From an uncultured Bdellovibrio sp. (GTDB lineage Bacteria > Bdellovibrionota > Bdellovibrionia > Bdellovibrionales > Bdellovibrionaceae): a stretch of 64,000 nt of DNA. This document shows, in pieces, positions 17,428 to 27,603 of the stretch. Below the pieces are notes generated by a model. That model was not told where the DNA came from, did no database searches, and saw only the letters and a list, made by a program, of their open reading frames with translations. The stretch lies in contig CAZCHT010000003.1 of NCBI GenBank assembly GCA_964498705.1, forward strand, positions 960 through 64,959. The letters run 5' to 3'. Numbering within the stretch: the stretch's first letter is position 1; the number at the start of each line of letters is the position of its first letter. The position numbers and the translations under genes are program-made.

Positions 17428-19119
17428 ATGAAAGCTAAATTACGACAACGGGTTCTATATTTGATCTTTATGTTTTTACTAATTGGAATGAGTCAAAAGT
17501 TGATGGCAGCGGATAAAGAAGCTCTCAGAATTGGAATGATTCAGGAATCTGACACGCTAAATCCGTTACTATCCAGTAACTCAGCAGGACGATATATTCT
17601 AGGTTTCTTGCACAGGCCCTTTGTTTCTCTTGATAATGATAAAGAGTTTAAACCGTTAATTGTAAAAAAAATTCCAAATTTAAAAGATAAATCACTTAAG
17701 GTCTTTACTACAAATAAAGTAAAAAAAATAAAAGCAACTTGGGAATTTGTCGACGGTTTAAGGTGGAATGATAATGTTCCTGTTACTTGTAAGGATTTAC
17801 ATTTTTCATGGCAAGTGGGATTAAATCCAAATGTTACTTTGGCATCAAAAGAGTCTTTTGAGAAAATAGAAAAAATTGAATGGGAGGAAAAGACGCCTAC
17901 AAAATGTAACGTCACTTATAAGGAGGCACATTGGAATTTTTTTTTGAACATGCCCGATTTGTTACCGGCTCATCTTGAAGAAAGTATTTATAACAAATAC
18001 AGCAGCAGTAAAGAGGGGTACGAAAGAAATTCCAATTATCAAAGAGAACCTACTAAAAAAGGGCTTTGGTTTGGTCCCTATATAATTTCAGAAGTTAAGC
18101 TGGGTTCACATTTGATTTTAACTGCTAATGAAAACTTTTATGGAAAAAAGCCAAAAATTAAAAACATCATAATTAGATATATCACGAGTTCTGCCTCATT
18201 GGAGTCAAATTTAAGATCAGATACAATAAACCATATAGCTCGATTGGGATTATCTTTAGATCAGGCGTTAATTTTTGAAAAGAAAATTCAGGCCGAGAAA
18301 TTACCTTTCGAGGTCAAGTTTCAAGACGGAATGACTTATGCCCATATAAATATTAATTTAACTCACTCTATACTTAAAGACCAAGGTGTGCGCCAAGCTC
18401 TATCCTATGGCTTAAATAAACAAGAGATTGTAGACAGTTTATTTGAAGGTAAAGCTACAATCGCCTATCATTTGATTTCACCGCAGGATCCTTTGTACAC
18501 AATGGATCCTACCACCATTAATAAGTATGAATCGGACAAAAAAAAGGCTCGAAAGATTTTAGATGATATTGGCTGGAAAGTTGGGTCGGATAGTTTTCGT
18601 TATAAAGAAGGTCAGAAGTTGAGGTTCACTTTGGTTGCTGCTGGAGGCGCAAAAATAAACGAGACTATTCAGACACTGATACAATCCCAATGGAAAGAAA
18701 TTGGAGTTGATTTGAAAATTAAATCGGAAACAGGGCGTACGTTATTTTCTGAGACATTACCAAAACAAAAATTTGATATGGCTCTAGTTTCCTGGGCTAG
18801 TTTTCCCCAAGAATCAGTCAGTTCGGTTCTTAATTCTAAGAATATTCCTTCGGATAGTAATATGTGGGCAGGGCAAAACTATGCTGGTTACAAAAACGAA
18901 CGAGTTGACCAGTTGACAGATCATTACGGAAGTGAATTTGATTTTGAGAAGCGAAAAAAAAACATGCGCGAAGTTATGAGCCTATATACAAAAGAAGTTC
19001 CGGCTATCCCCCTATACTTTAGGAAGGAAAATTCAGTTGTACCTGTGGGTATGAAAAACTTTGAATTAACTGGACATTTATTTTTTGAAAGTTTGAAATC
19101 CGAAAATTGGGAGCTTTAA
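17428..19119 (+). CDS. ABC transporter substrate-binding protein, family 5 (peptide/nickel/opine type), orphan
   Basis: 563 aa with signal peptide MKAKLRQRVLYLIFMFLLIGMSQKLMAA. Length and overall pattern are typical of OppA/DppA-like SBPs. No permease or ATPase genes are adjacent. Confidence 0.7.
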   Translation: MKAKLRQRVLYLIFMFLLIGMSQKLMAADKEALRIGMIQESDTLNPLLSSNSAGRYILGFLHRPFVSLDNDKEFKPLIVKKIPNLKDKSLKVFTTNKVKKIKATWEFVDGLRWNDNVPVTCKDLHFSWQVGLNPNVTLASKESFEKIEKIEWEEKTPTKCNVTYKEAHWNFFLNMPDLLPAHLEESIYNKYSSSKEGYERNSNYQREPTKKGLWFGPYIISEVKLGSHLILTANENFYGKKPKIKNIIIRYITSSASLESNLRSDTINHIARLGLSLDQALIFEKKIQAEKLPFEVKFQDGMTYAHININLTHSILKDQGVRQALSYGLNKQEIVDSLFEGKATIAYHLISPQDPLYTMDPTTINKYESDKKKARKILDDIGWKVGSDSFRYKEGQKLRFTLVAAGGAKINETIQTLIQSQWKEIGVDLKIKSETGRTLFSETLPKQKFDMALVSWASFPQESVSSVLNSKNIPSDSNMWAGQNYAGYKNERVDQLTDHYGSEFDFEKRKKNMREVMSLYTKEVPAIPLYFRKENSVVPVGMKNFELTGHLFFESLKSENWEL

Positions 19120-19130
19120 TTTTAAAGATA

Positions 19131-19847
19131 TTATTTTTCTTTAATAAATGTCATTACCCCTTTAGCGTCATAATGTGGGCAGATGTCTTTGTCATTGAAC
19201 TCAAGAAACAATTCATTTTTAATTCTATAAATTTCGTAGTCACGATTTGCCTCTTTTTTAAAATAGCCGCCAAAATCATATTTCATGTAGGTTGAAACCG
19301 AAGCTTGAATACCAAAATTTTGTAAAAAGAAGGATTCTGCAAAAGTCTTAAAACTAAATTTTTGATATTCTGAAAATTCCCCGTTACACTTATTGATAGC
19401 TTTATAATTTACGTTAGAATCGACAAGGATACCTTTTAGTGAATAATGGTTGATACCATTACCTGTGGATGAATAATCAATTTGGACTTTATTTTTTGAC
19501 CAAATAAAAGGATTTTTATTGTCACGATCTGCATTCATAGTGGTTTGATTAAGCTTACAACTACTTTGAAGAACTGCTTTTTCGACATATCGTTCAGGCT
19601 TCAAACCATTATTAGAAATTGTATTTATTCTTAGTTCCACTTCCACATTAAAAATTCGAGGATCAATATCGACAATTGTTCCATAATAATAGGTAGGCTC
19701 ATCTTTAACAAAATAACGACACAGCATCTGTGTTTTTCTCCAGACGCCATCTAAACCATCCGTTGTAACTTGATTTACTTGAGAAAAAACAGAATTGGTT
19801 ATCAATAACAAACCTGTTAAGAGTAAGACAAGATTGATTTTTTTCAT
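19131..19847 (-). CDS. Secreted protein, unknown function
   Basis: 238 aa with signal peptide MKKINLVLLLTGLLLITNSVFSQ. No recognisable domain. Confidence 0.55.
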   Translation of the reverse strand: MKKINLVLLLTGLLLITNSVFSQVNQVTTDGLDGVWRKTQMLCRYFVKDEPTYYYGTIVDIDPRIFNVEVELRINTISNNGLKPERYVEKAVLQSSCKLNQTTMNADRDNKNPFIWSKNKVQIDYSSTGNGINHYSLKGILVDSNVNYKAINKCNGEFSEYQKFSFKTFAESFFLQNFGIQASVSTYMKYDFGGYFKKEANRDYEIYRIKNELFLEFNDKDICPHYDAKGVMTFIKEK

Positions 19848-20109
19848 AAATTGACCTCAACTTCTATATTCGAAATTAAGGCCATTGCCGAAACGAACCT
19901 ATTCTAGCTTAAGAACCAACAACTGACTGATAAAACTACACAAGTTCAAAATTTGTCTTAATAAATGCGAAATGGACGAATTGCTTTACTAGCTTTCCTA
20001 TCCGAGTAGACATTCTTTTGAAGAGGAATTATTCCTGCCAAAGCGGCATTGAAATTCAATGGGGGCTTAGGTGAATAAATAGGTCAGCCCATGCCTTCAC
20101 TCTGGACGC

Positions 20110-20288
20110 AATTATAATGCAAGTAAGAGCCGCAACAAATGAAGAACGAGAAAATTTGGTAGCTATCACCCAAGATCAAAAATTAGCGTTACAAGCTGAA
20201 ATTATACAATTACGTGAAAAACTAAGAAGCCTTGGTCAATAAGACGATAGTTCTGCTATGAGAGCCTCAAGAGCCAGCGTTCTCTGTT
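20110..20288. repeat. Right copy of the 179-bp direct repeat (pseudo-fragment of the 7459-7869 ORF 3' end plus the functional hisS 3' end)
   Basis: See the left copy. Weaker homology to 7670-7736 continues leftward to about 20041 (for example GTCAGCCCA..C.TTCACTCT). Confidence 0.9.
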
Positions 20289-21477
20289 CACCAGTACTCA
20301 TGATTTTGAAACCAAATTCTTTTTTCTCGACTTCTTGTGAGCCGATAATAATTGTGTAGTGGGCGTTTTTGTTAGAGGCTTTTTTCATTTTTTTGCCTAC
20401 GTTGCCACCATAGATAATTTCAATTTTGAATTTTGTCTCAGACCGCAGTCGACTAGCTAATCGCAATGATTCAATTTCTCCCACTTCGTCAGCTGGTACA
20501 AGTGCGATCAGTTTTAAATCTTCTGTCAAAAGAGATTTATCCGATAACTCTACTAAACGTTCAACGCCAGCCGCCCAGCCTACACCCGGAGTTTTAGGAC
20601 CGCCCATTGTTTCGATAAGTCCATCATAGCGACCACCCGCAAGCACGGTTCCTTGTGCACCCAGTTCTGTAGTCACAAACTCAAAAACTGTATGGGTATA
20701 GTAATCAAGCCCGCGCACTAGTTGAGATGATTTCTGGTAAGGAATTTCAAGAATATTAAGTCCGTTAATCAGTGAATCAAAATATTTTTTAGAAGCTTCA
20801 TTCAAAGAGCCTTCTAATTTAGGTGCGCCTTCGTTGATTTTCTTATCACCTTCATCTTTAGAATCTAAAATTCGCATTGGATTTTTTTCTAAACGAACCT
20901 TTGAATCCGCTGATAAATCGTTTTTGAATTTTTCATAATAAGTGACCAAAGTTTCGCGATAGGCAGCACGCGACTCTAAATCACCCAAGGTGTTGATCAA
21001 TAGGTTACATTTTTTTTCAATGCCGATCGATTTTAAAAGTTCATAGCCCAATTGCAAACATTCGATGTCCATCAAGTACGACTCAATTCCTAAAACTTCC
21101 ACTCCGATTTGGTGAAACTGGCGCAAGCGGCCTTTCTGTGGACGTTCGTAACGAAACATAGGACCGCAGTAGTATAGTTTCAAAGGAATTTTTTGAGCCA
21201 AGCCTTCTGAAATAAATGCACGCGCAATGCCGGCAGTGCCTTCGGGTCTTAGAGTCAGTGATTCATCTGATCGATCTTTAAATGTATAGGTTTCTTTGCT
21301 GACGACGTCCGACGTTTCGCCCAATGTGCGATGAAAAACTTCAGAATGTTCGAATATAGGTGTTCTGATTTCACCGAATCCATATCTTTGTGCTTTATCA
21401 TAAAAAGCACGCTCCATATTTCTAAAATAACTGCTTTCCTGTTCAAACCAATCTTGGGTGCCACGTACTCTTTGCAT
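20236..21477 (-). CDS. hisS: Histidine--tRNA ligase
   Basis: Class II aaRS/HisRS motifs [33 protein letters not shown] and AGGRYDGL, plus a C-terminal anticodon-binding domain. Confidence 0.95.
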   Translation of the reverse strand: MQRVRGTQDWFEQESSYFRNMERAFYDKAQRYGFGEIRTPIFEHSEVFHRTLGETSDVVSKETYTFKDRSDESLTLRPEGTAGIARAFISEGLAQKIPLKLYYCGPMFRYERPQKGRLRQFHQIGVEVLGIESYLMDIECLQLGYELLKSIGIEKKCNLLINTLGDLESRAAYRETLVTYYEKFKNDLSADSKVRLEKNPMRILDSKDEGDKKINEGAPKLEGSLNEASKKYFDSLINGLNILEIPYQKSSQLVRGLDYYTHTVFEFVTTELGAQGTVLAGGRYDGLIETMGGPKTPGVGWAAGVERLVELSDKSLLTEDLKLIALVPADEVGEIESLRLASRLRSETKFKIEIIYGGNVGKKMKKASNKNAHYTIIIGSQEVEKKEFGFKIMSTGEQRTLALEALIAELSSY

Positions 21478-21556
21478 AGGACTGAGTTTAGTAGATTTAT
21501 CCCGCTATTCAAAATGATTTTTACTCGACACAGTTGATAATAATGAGGTATTTACG

Positions 21557-22030
21557 GTGATTATGATTAAAAAATCGAACATTTGGTACATCGTCAGTGG
21601 CTGCATCTTTGCTTTTGTTCTAGGTAGCCTGTTAGTGTTTTTCATCAAAAAGAACCAGTTCACAGCCGAAGGAGCCGAAGTCGATTGGCGCGTACTGGGT
21701 GAAATGGACTATATCACGGGTAAAGCGCCAGATACTTTGAGCAAGTTCAGCGGTGCTCAGGTAAAAATTCCTGGATTCATGGTTCCTTTGGAGGACTCTC
21801 AAAAAGAAGTTTCCGAGTTTTTGCTAGTGCCGACTCCGCAGGCATGCATTCACGTTCCCGCACCGCCACCTAATCAGATGGTGTATGTAAAAATGAAGCC
21901 GGGTCGAAAAGCTGAAGTTCCCTATGGGCCAATTTGGGTGCATGGAAAACTAAACATGGTGACCAAAAAATCCATGTATGGCGATGCCAGTTTTGAACTC
22001 GAAGGCGAATTAGTCGAAAATTATAAATAG
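21557..22030 (+). CDS. DUF3299-like membrane-anchored protein
   Basis: It has an N-terminal TM helix. The motif VKIPGFMVPLE...EFLLVPTPQACIHVPAPPPNQMVYV resembles the DUF3299 signature as I recall it. Confidence 0.55.
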   Translation: MIMIKKSNIWYIVSGCIFAFVLGSLLVFFIKKNQFTAEGAEVDWRVLGEMDYITGKAPDTLSKFSGAQVKIPGFMVPLEDSQKEVSEFLLVPTPQACIHVPAPPPNQMVYVKMKPGRKAEVPYGPIWVHGKLNMVTKKSMYGDASFELEGELVENYK

Positions 22031-22051
22031 GGTAGTGAGCCGCTAGGCAAG

Positions 22052-23866
22052 CTAAGCGGCGATTTTTACTTTGTCGGCAGCTTCAGGTTCGTAATCTGAA
22101 TACGGCGTAACAACGATTTCGTATTCACCATCAGCTTTCTTGTATCCACGAACTTTATGAAGCTTGAGTGGTTCAGAGCGACCTTTAACTTCCGCAGAAC
22201 CAGCGTACTCTGTTAAATACGAATCACCAATTTTTTCTAGAACGGTATCGCTGACCAGTAAGTCGGAACCGAATGCTTTGGTGGAAGATTCAATACGTGA
22301 GCCAGTATTCACGGTGTTACCGATAATTGTATACTCCATACGCTCGTCAGAACCGATAGTTCCTGAAATTGCAGATCCCGCGTGAAGTCCCATACCGATT
22401 TGAATTGGCGGCTCTTTACGGCCCATGCGTTTTTCATTTAGGTCGGCTAAGGCACGTCGCATTTCTAAGCACGCTTTCACGGCATTGTGCGCATCTTTTT
22501 TGTTAGCCTTCGGAACGCCCCAAACGGCCATGATCGCATCACCGATAAATTTATCGACGATACCGCCATTGGCGTTAATAATTTTCACCATAACAGCGAA
22601 ATATTCATTCAACATACCAACGACTTCTTCGGGTTTACGTTTTTCTGAGAACGCAGTGAAACCACGAATATCACTAAAAAATACGATAACGTCTTTTGAC
22701 TGACCGCCGATACTGACGTCTTTTTTCATTAAATCTTCGGTAACGCTAGATCCATGGAACTTGTTGAACAAGTTTTTAACTTTATCCCGTTCCTTCAAAC
22801 CTTCGGTCATGGAATCGAATGCGGTTGCCAGTTCTTTAACTTCATCTTTGAAGAACGTTTTAACTTGGCCGGATGCATTCACGTCGAAGTTACCTTTTGA
22901 GACTAAATGAATTAAATTAGTCAAAGTTTCAAGTGGCGATGTCAATGTCATCGAAAACACGAATACTAGGAATAGTGTTACTGACAAGAAATAGCCTACA
23001 ATTTGAATAATATTGTTTTTAAGTTCCTTCGTAACGACCAGGATTTTCTCTTCTTCAACTTGCGAGAAAACAATGGGGCCAAATGTCGTTTTGGCATAAG
23101 CCGCGTACATAGCTTTTTGGTTGGCTGAAACGGGTAAGTACTTCATTCCAGATGCCATCGAGCTTTGCAGTGCAAAACGAACGATTTCATTTCCAGAAAA
23201 GTTTTGTTTCTTAGTTGCTAACGATTCGTCACGATGACCCATCACGATACCATTTTTATCAGTTACGAAAAACAAATTTAGTCCGGCGTCTGACATAGTT
23301 TTTTGAATCAGCGACAAGTCGATATCCGCCACGACGTAGTGAGTGATAGTCTTATTTATTTTTATCAATGGCAGCGCGATTGTGACGATTGGCTCCCAAG
23401 TTTCAATTGAACTATTCAAGATAACCATGTTGCCTTCTTTGATTTCATTGCGATCAAAAGGCGAACGTTTTCTATATTCAGCAACACGAGTATCGAAAGG
23501 CTTTTTATAACTATTGCCGATAGCAACTTCGCCCGAACTTTCATATTTGTAAACTTCTATACCTAATAGGGCGCTATCCAAATTAAAATTGGCTTCAAAA
23601 TCCTTTTGATAGTTTAAATCCGCTGTGTTGCCTTCTTTCCAGCTTTGAAGCAAACGACCATTTAACGTAACTTTGTCTTTTAGATTATTAAATAATTGGT
23701 TTAACTCACGGGCTTTACCCATAGCTAATGCTAGATTATTGTCTTGTTGAAACTCAACAAGTTTAGCGCTAGTGATTTCTGAAGTCTTCATTGTAACGGG
23801 GATGGTGACACCGATTAGGAGGACTACTGTGATAACGATAAGTTTAATTGAAATCGGTATTCTCAT
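22052..23866 (-). CDS. Membrane-bound class III adenylate/guanylate cyclase with periplasmic sensor domain and HAMP
   Basis: Domain order is TM1, a ~270-aa periplasmic region, TM2, then HAMP (LTNLIHLVSKGNFDV...FDSMTEGLKERD). The cyclase core is VIVFFSDIRGFTAFSE, KFIGDAIMAVWG, GLHAGSAISGTIG and YTIIGNTVNTGSRIES. Confidence 0.9.
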   Translation of the reverse strand: MRIPISIKLIVITVVLLIGVTIPVTMKTSEITSAKLVEFQQDNNLALAMGKARELNQLFNNLKDKVTLNGRLLQSWKEGNTADLNYQKDFEANFNLDSALLGIEVYKYESSGEVAIGNSYKKPFDTRVAEYRKRSPFDRNEIKEGNMVILNSSIETWEPIVTIALPLIKINKTITHYVVADIDLSLIQKTMSDAGLNLFFVTDKNGIVMGHRDESLATKKQNFSGNEIVRFALQSSMASGMKYLPVSANQKAMYAAYAKTTFGPIVFSQVEEEKILVVTKELKNNIIQIVGYFLSVTLFLVFVFSMTLTSPLETLTNLIHLVSKGNFDVNASGQVKTFFKDEVKELATAFDSMTEGLKERDKVKNLFNKFHGSSVTEDLMKKDVSIGGQSKDVIVFFSDIRGFTAFSEKRKPEEVVGMLNEYFAVMVKIINANGGIVDKFIGDAIMAVWGVPKANKKDAHNAVKACLEMRRALADLNEKRMGRKEPPIQIGMGLHAGSAISGTIGSDERMEYTIIGNTVNTGSRIESSTKAFGSDLLVSDTVLEKIGDSYLTEYAGSAEVKGRSEPLKLHKVRGYKKADGEYEIVVTPYSDYEPEAADKVKIAA

Positions 23867-23875
23867 AATAATCCT

Positions 23876-25558
23876 TTAAAATTGATACTCCGCAAATAAA
23901 CTAAAATAGAATCCGTTAACACTGGTGTCGACGTTAACATTGCTACTGTACTCTGCATTGGCAGAGGGCAGGTTAAACGCGTTAGTTGTACTTTCGTCTT
24001 TATACTTCACTTGATCTTTTCTATAAGTAAGGCCCAGCAATCCGGTAAATTTTTGGTTAAACTTGTAGCTGCCTAAAACTCCGTATTCATCTGATAACGT
24101 TGGCTGAAAACCGGTTCCGTTATTGGGTAACTTAACTGCCGACATAGAATAGAACCAATTGGAATTAAGTTGAAATCCTAATTTCGGTGTCAGTGAGAAC
24201 CAATATTCGAAACCAAAATGAGGACCTAACATCGAAATGTTTTGATTGCTTGTACCTTTGAAGCCCGACAGAGATCTATTATTCGAGTTAAAGTAATTCG
24301 AAATTTCTGTGATGTCGGCCAGAGTTTGTGGAATTTCTTTATAGAACATTCCAGTTTTAATTCGGAACTCATCGGTTTCACGAACCGATTTGCGCCAAAC
24401 TGCGTTTAGGTACATTGAATTGTAAATGAACGCACCTTTTTCTTGATCACCTTTTAAAAATCCGCTGATATCCATAACACCAGAAAATCCCCAAGAAGTT
24501 CCTTCTTTGAACCAACCCGTACCGATACGGCCTGTGCCGCCTAGAATGCTGTATTTGGGGTTAAGTCCCTTGTACGAGGACGAATAGTTAATCATGGAAA
24601 CAAACCAGCTCGCGATACCGTACCAACCGTTAATACGGTCAATTGATTTTCTTAAGACATACGTGTACTCGGCACTTGGTGACCGATCGCCATTTTTAAC
24701 TTTGAATATCAGAGCCGACTTATCAGAGCTTGGACGTAATTTTCCGGTACTTTGAACAATCACACGGTAGTTGCCGCCAGGCCATTTTGGATCAATAACA
24801 ATTTTGTTTCCGACAAACTGTCCGACTTGAACTACTTTCTGCCATTTTTTACTTGGCGTTAGATACTTTTGAAGTTCAATAGCATAAGTTTGCGCAAGAG
24901 GGTCTTGATTCCATGAAACGTCGCGGACAAACTGATTTTCAGGTGTCAAGATTGTCGGTTTATCTAACTTCTTACCAATGACGGTGATATCGCCAGTAGT
25001 TTCAGATTCGCTATTTAGATTTCCGCTATCAAGAGCTGTCATGGACCAGCTATATTTTTTGCCAACCGGTAGGGAAACGACAATTTTAAAGTCGCTGATA
25101 GTTTGTTCTAATATTTCCGTGTTAGAATCAGTATCTCTAATTTTCAGTGAGTATTTATCAGCACCTAGAACTTCTTTCCATTCAAAGCTGACTTCATCTG
25201 TATCTGCGCTATTGGATTTAACTTCAAAGTTATTTTGTGCTGGCTTGGTGACTTCGACTCTGTCGAGTAGAACTGGAAACGTAACTTCCTCACTCCATAC
25301 CCCAGGAACGTTACGATAATCAAGTGAACGCAGTTTCATTTTGTAGATTCCGGGTGGAATTGGCCCCGTGTATGCATTTGTTTCTGTAAAGAAATCAGTA
25401 ACTACTTCGGAATTATTTTTCGTGTTTGTGAACTGCACTTGATATCGTTTGGCGCCGGCAACGGGGTCCCATTCAAACGAGATTGTTTTCATATAGATAT
25501 CCTTCGCTATGGCTAAGGTGCTAATTAGGAAAAGTGCGATGACCAATTTGTTTATCAT
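23876..25558 (-). CDS. Outer-membrane beta-barrel protein with N-terminal Fn3/Ig-like repeats
   Basis: It has a signal peptide. Three repeats have a W...A..Y pattern (FEWDPVAGAKRYQVQF, FEWKEVLGADKYSLKI, VSWNQDPLAQTYAIEL). The C-terminal ~270 aa shows alternating hydrophobicity and ends ...FAEYQF. Confidence 0.65.
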   Translation of the reverse strand: MINKLVIALFLISTLAIAKDIYMKTISFEWDPVAGAKRYQVQFTNTKNNSEVVTDFFTETNAYTGPIPPGIYKMKLRSLDYRNVPGVWSEEVTFPVLLDRVEVTKPAQNNFEVKSNSADTDEVSFEWKEVLGADKYSLKIRDTDSNTEILEQTISDFKIVVSLPVGKKYSWSMTALDSGNLNSESETTGDITVIGKKLDKPTILTPENQFVRDVSWNQDPLAQTYAIELQKYLTPSKKWQKVVQVGQFVGNKIVIDPKWPGGNYRVIVQSTGKLRPSSDKSALIFKVKNGDRSPSAEYTYVLRKSIDRINGWYGIASWFVSMINYSSSYKGLNPKYSILGGTGRIGTGWFKEGTSWGFSGVMDISGFLKGDQEKGAFIYNSMYLNAVWRKSVRETDEFRIKTGMFYKEIPQTLADITEISNYFNSNNRSLSGFKGTSNQNISMLGPHFGFEYWFSLTPKLGFQLNSNWFYSMSAVKLPNNGTGFQPTLSDEYGVLGSYKFNQKFTGLLGLTYRKDQVKYKDESTTNAFNLPSANAEYSSNVNVDTSVNGFYFSLFAEYQF

Positions 25559-27444
25559 TGGCCACTCTGCTTAATGTTTAAGTTTTTAAGTTTTGGAGCA
25601 GACATCGTTGTAAAATTAGGAACTTCAAATTCAAAAGACTCGCTGGAAGGGCCACGACGGTTGTAGTGATCGATTGGAGTCACTTTAACTTGATACGTTC
25701 CCGGATTTAGGCCAGACATTGTTCCTGAGTAGCTTAAGTTGCTATTTCTAGAAGATACTTTTTCGATCTTGTTTGTCACCGGACTATAAATTTCAACTTC
25801 GTAAGATCGGACAACAGATTGATAATCCCATTGCAAGTTAACGACACCGTTTTCAAAATAGTATTTATTCGTATTTTGATTGAGTTTAACGACTTTATTG
25901 TTAATCACAGGAGCTTTCGGCAGAGGCATTTCCAAGACTTCAATATTTTTTAGAGTAGTCTTTGTCATGCTAACGCCATTTTTATCTAAAGGTTCGATCG
26001 AGACCTTGTAACTTCCCGGTTGAATTTGATCGTTTACAAATTTCAATTCAGTCAGTTCACGAGTAAATACCGGTTTTGAGTCAGCGCTAAATACTTCCAA
26101 TTTCCATTTGGCGACATCTTCTTTGCGAGTCAGTGCATCCCAACTGATCGTCATCGTTGGCTTGTCTAAGTAATATTGTTTTTCTTGAGTATTGCCCCAA
26201 GTTAATGATGGCGGCGGTTTTGGTGGCTCTTTTTTCACCACACGGAATTTTTGAATTTTAGTATAGATGGGTCGATCCATGTCTTCATACTTTGTAGCTA
26301 CGCGCCAGTAGTAGTCGCCTTCGCTATTGATGGTCATTGCAAACTCTTGAGCATTGCTGACATTGCGGCTGTTGATAACGAAATTATCAGCCATTGTCGG
26401 CGATTTCGAAACGTCGAGCATCAAGCTCTTAAACGCATTTGGTTTTTGCCATTTAAGGGAAACGTTTAATGGAACTTTGTCATAGATCATGACTTCATCG
26501 TTTTTTGGCGCGGTGACTAATACAGAAAAGCGGCTTTGCACGCTCAGTTTGTAGGCCGCAGAATCATAGGTAATTTGTTTGGTGACCGGGTTTCTTGAAA
26601 CCAATTTCCAAACGTAATTTCCTGGAGATAAAATAGTGTTTACGTTTTCTTTTCCTGCAGGAACAACTTCTTTTTCTTTTAAGGTATCTTTGTTTTCGCC
26701 TGTCATTAAGACAGTTTCGTCTTTCTTAGGTGTACCTTTCCAGCGGAACGAAACCGTAGTGTCCGTTTCAGGATCTATATAATAGATAAGTGTTGTTTTA
26801 TCAGATTCTTTTTTAATACTAGGAGAGATAATTTTAATCTCTTCCTGAACTTGCATTCCGTTTTTAGTTAAACTAACGGCTTGTCCAGAGGTTAGGTCTT
26901 TTACATTACCTTTTTCATCTCGGATTTGCGATTTACCCTCGATGACGTTAACTTTAACATCGCCTTTTGAGTTTTTATCTTTCGAAATTTGTGCTTTCGC
27001 ACCACTTAAATCTAATCGTTTGTTTTCTGCAACTAGGACTAAATTTGTAGGTTTGGCATCAGCCGTATTTTTAGCATCAACGAAAACGCTACCTTCTTTT
27101 AGATCAAGAGAGATTTCGTCTTTAGATTTTTGAATTACAAAAGTAGAGTTAGGATCAACTTTGATAGATCGGTTATCTAGGAAGCGAATTTCAATTTCAC
27201 TTCGTGACGACGTGCGAACGGTATCGCCGTCAAGTAACCAGTCTCCGGTTTCAATTGGCAACCATTGCAAACTAGATGCGAACTTTTTGTGTGCATCTTC
27301 AGATGTTGAGGTGACCTGCGCCAATTGCTCGGAACCCGTGTTAGTTACCGTTTTTACCAATGAGCGTGACCACAGGAAAGTTGCTAAGAAGCAACTTCCT
27401 GAAAGAAAAAACGCCCAAAATAATCTTCGTAACTGAAACTTCAT
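25555..27444 (-). CDS. FecR-domain membrane-anchored periplasmic protein with Ig-like repeats
   Basis: It has an N-terminal TM helix and a FecR-like segment (WLPIETGDWLLDGDTVRTSSRSEIEIRFLDNRSIKVDPNSTFVI). Repeated W-containing ~90-aa modules follow. An ATGA stop/start overlap links it to the downstream gene. Confidence 0.7.
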   Translation of the reverse strand: MKFQLRRLFWAFFLSGSCFLATFLWSRSLVKTVTNTGSEQLAQVTSTSEDAHKKFASSLQWLPIETGDWLLDGDTVRTSSRSEIEIRFLDNRSIKVDPNSTFVIQKSKDEISLDLKEGSVFVDAKNTADAKPTNLVLVAENKRLDLSGAKAQISKDKNSKGDVKVNVIEGKSQIRDEKGNVKDLTSGQAVSLTKNGMQVQEEIKIISPSIKKESDKTTLIYYIDPETDTTVSFRWKGTPKKDETVLMTGENKDTLKEKEVVPAGKENVNTILSPGNYVWKLVSRNPVTKQITYDSAAYKLSVQSRFSVLVTAPKNDEVMIYDKVPLNVSLKWQKPNAFKSLMLDVSKSPTMADNFVINSRNVSNAQEFAMTINSEGDYYWRVATKYEDMDRPIYTKIQKFRVVKKEPPKPPPSLTWGNTQEKQYYLDKPTMTISWDALTRKEDVAKWKLEVFSADSKPVFTRELTELKFVNDQIQPGSYKVSIEPLDKNGVSMTKTTLKNIEVLEMPLPKAPVINNKVVKLNQNTNKYYFENGVVNLQWDYQSVVRSYEVEIYSPVTNKIEKVSSRNSNLSYSGTMSGLNPGTYQVKVTPIDHYNRRGPSSESFEFEVPNFTTMSAPKLKNLNIKQSGQ

Positions 27445-27603
27445 TATTTAAGTTCCTGAAATGTTAAAATTTTTCTATTTATCCTCTCGGCAAAAAATTA
27501 AGGAACATTTAGATCTAGCGACCTCAGTCCAGTGTCTAGTCCAGCCAGTCAGCTGACATCTTTTGATTTTACAGACCTTAGTTATAGGGGTAGGCTGCCA
27601 GAC

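Noticed and set aside
17937-18962. Homopolymer tracts in the SBP gene (T9 at 17937-17945, A8 at 18538-18545, A9 at 18954-18962) as phase-variation switches
   Set aside because: All are in frame and encode Phe or Lys runs, which is expected in a very AT-rich gene. The tracts are short for slipped-strand switching, and no evidence of variation is available from a single sequence.
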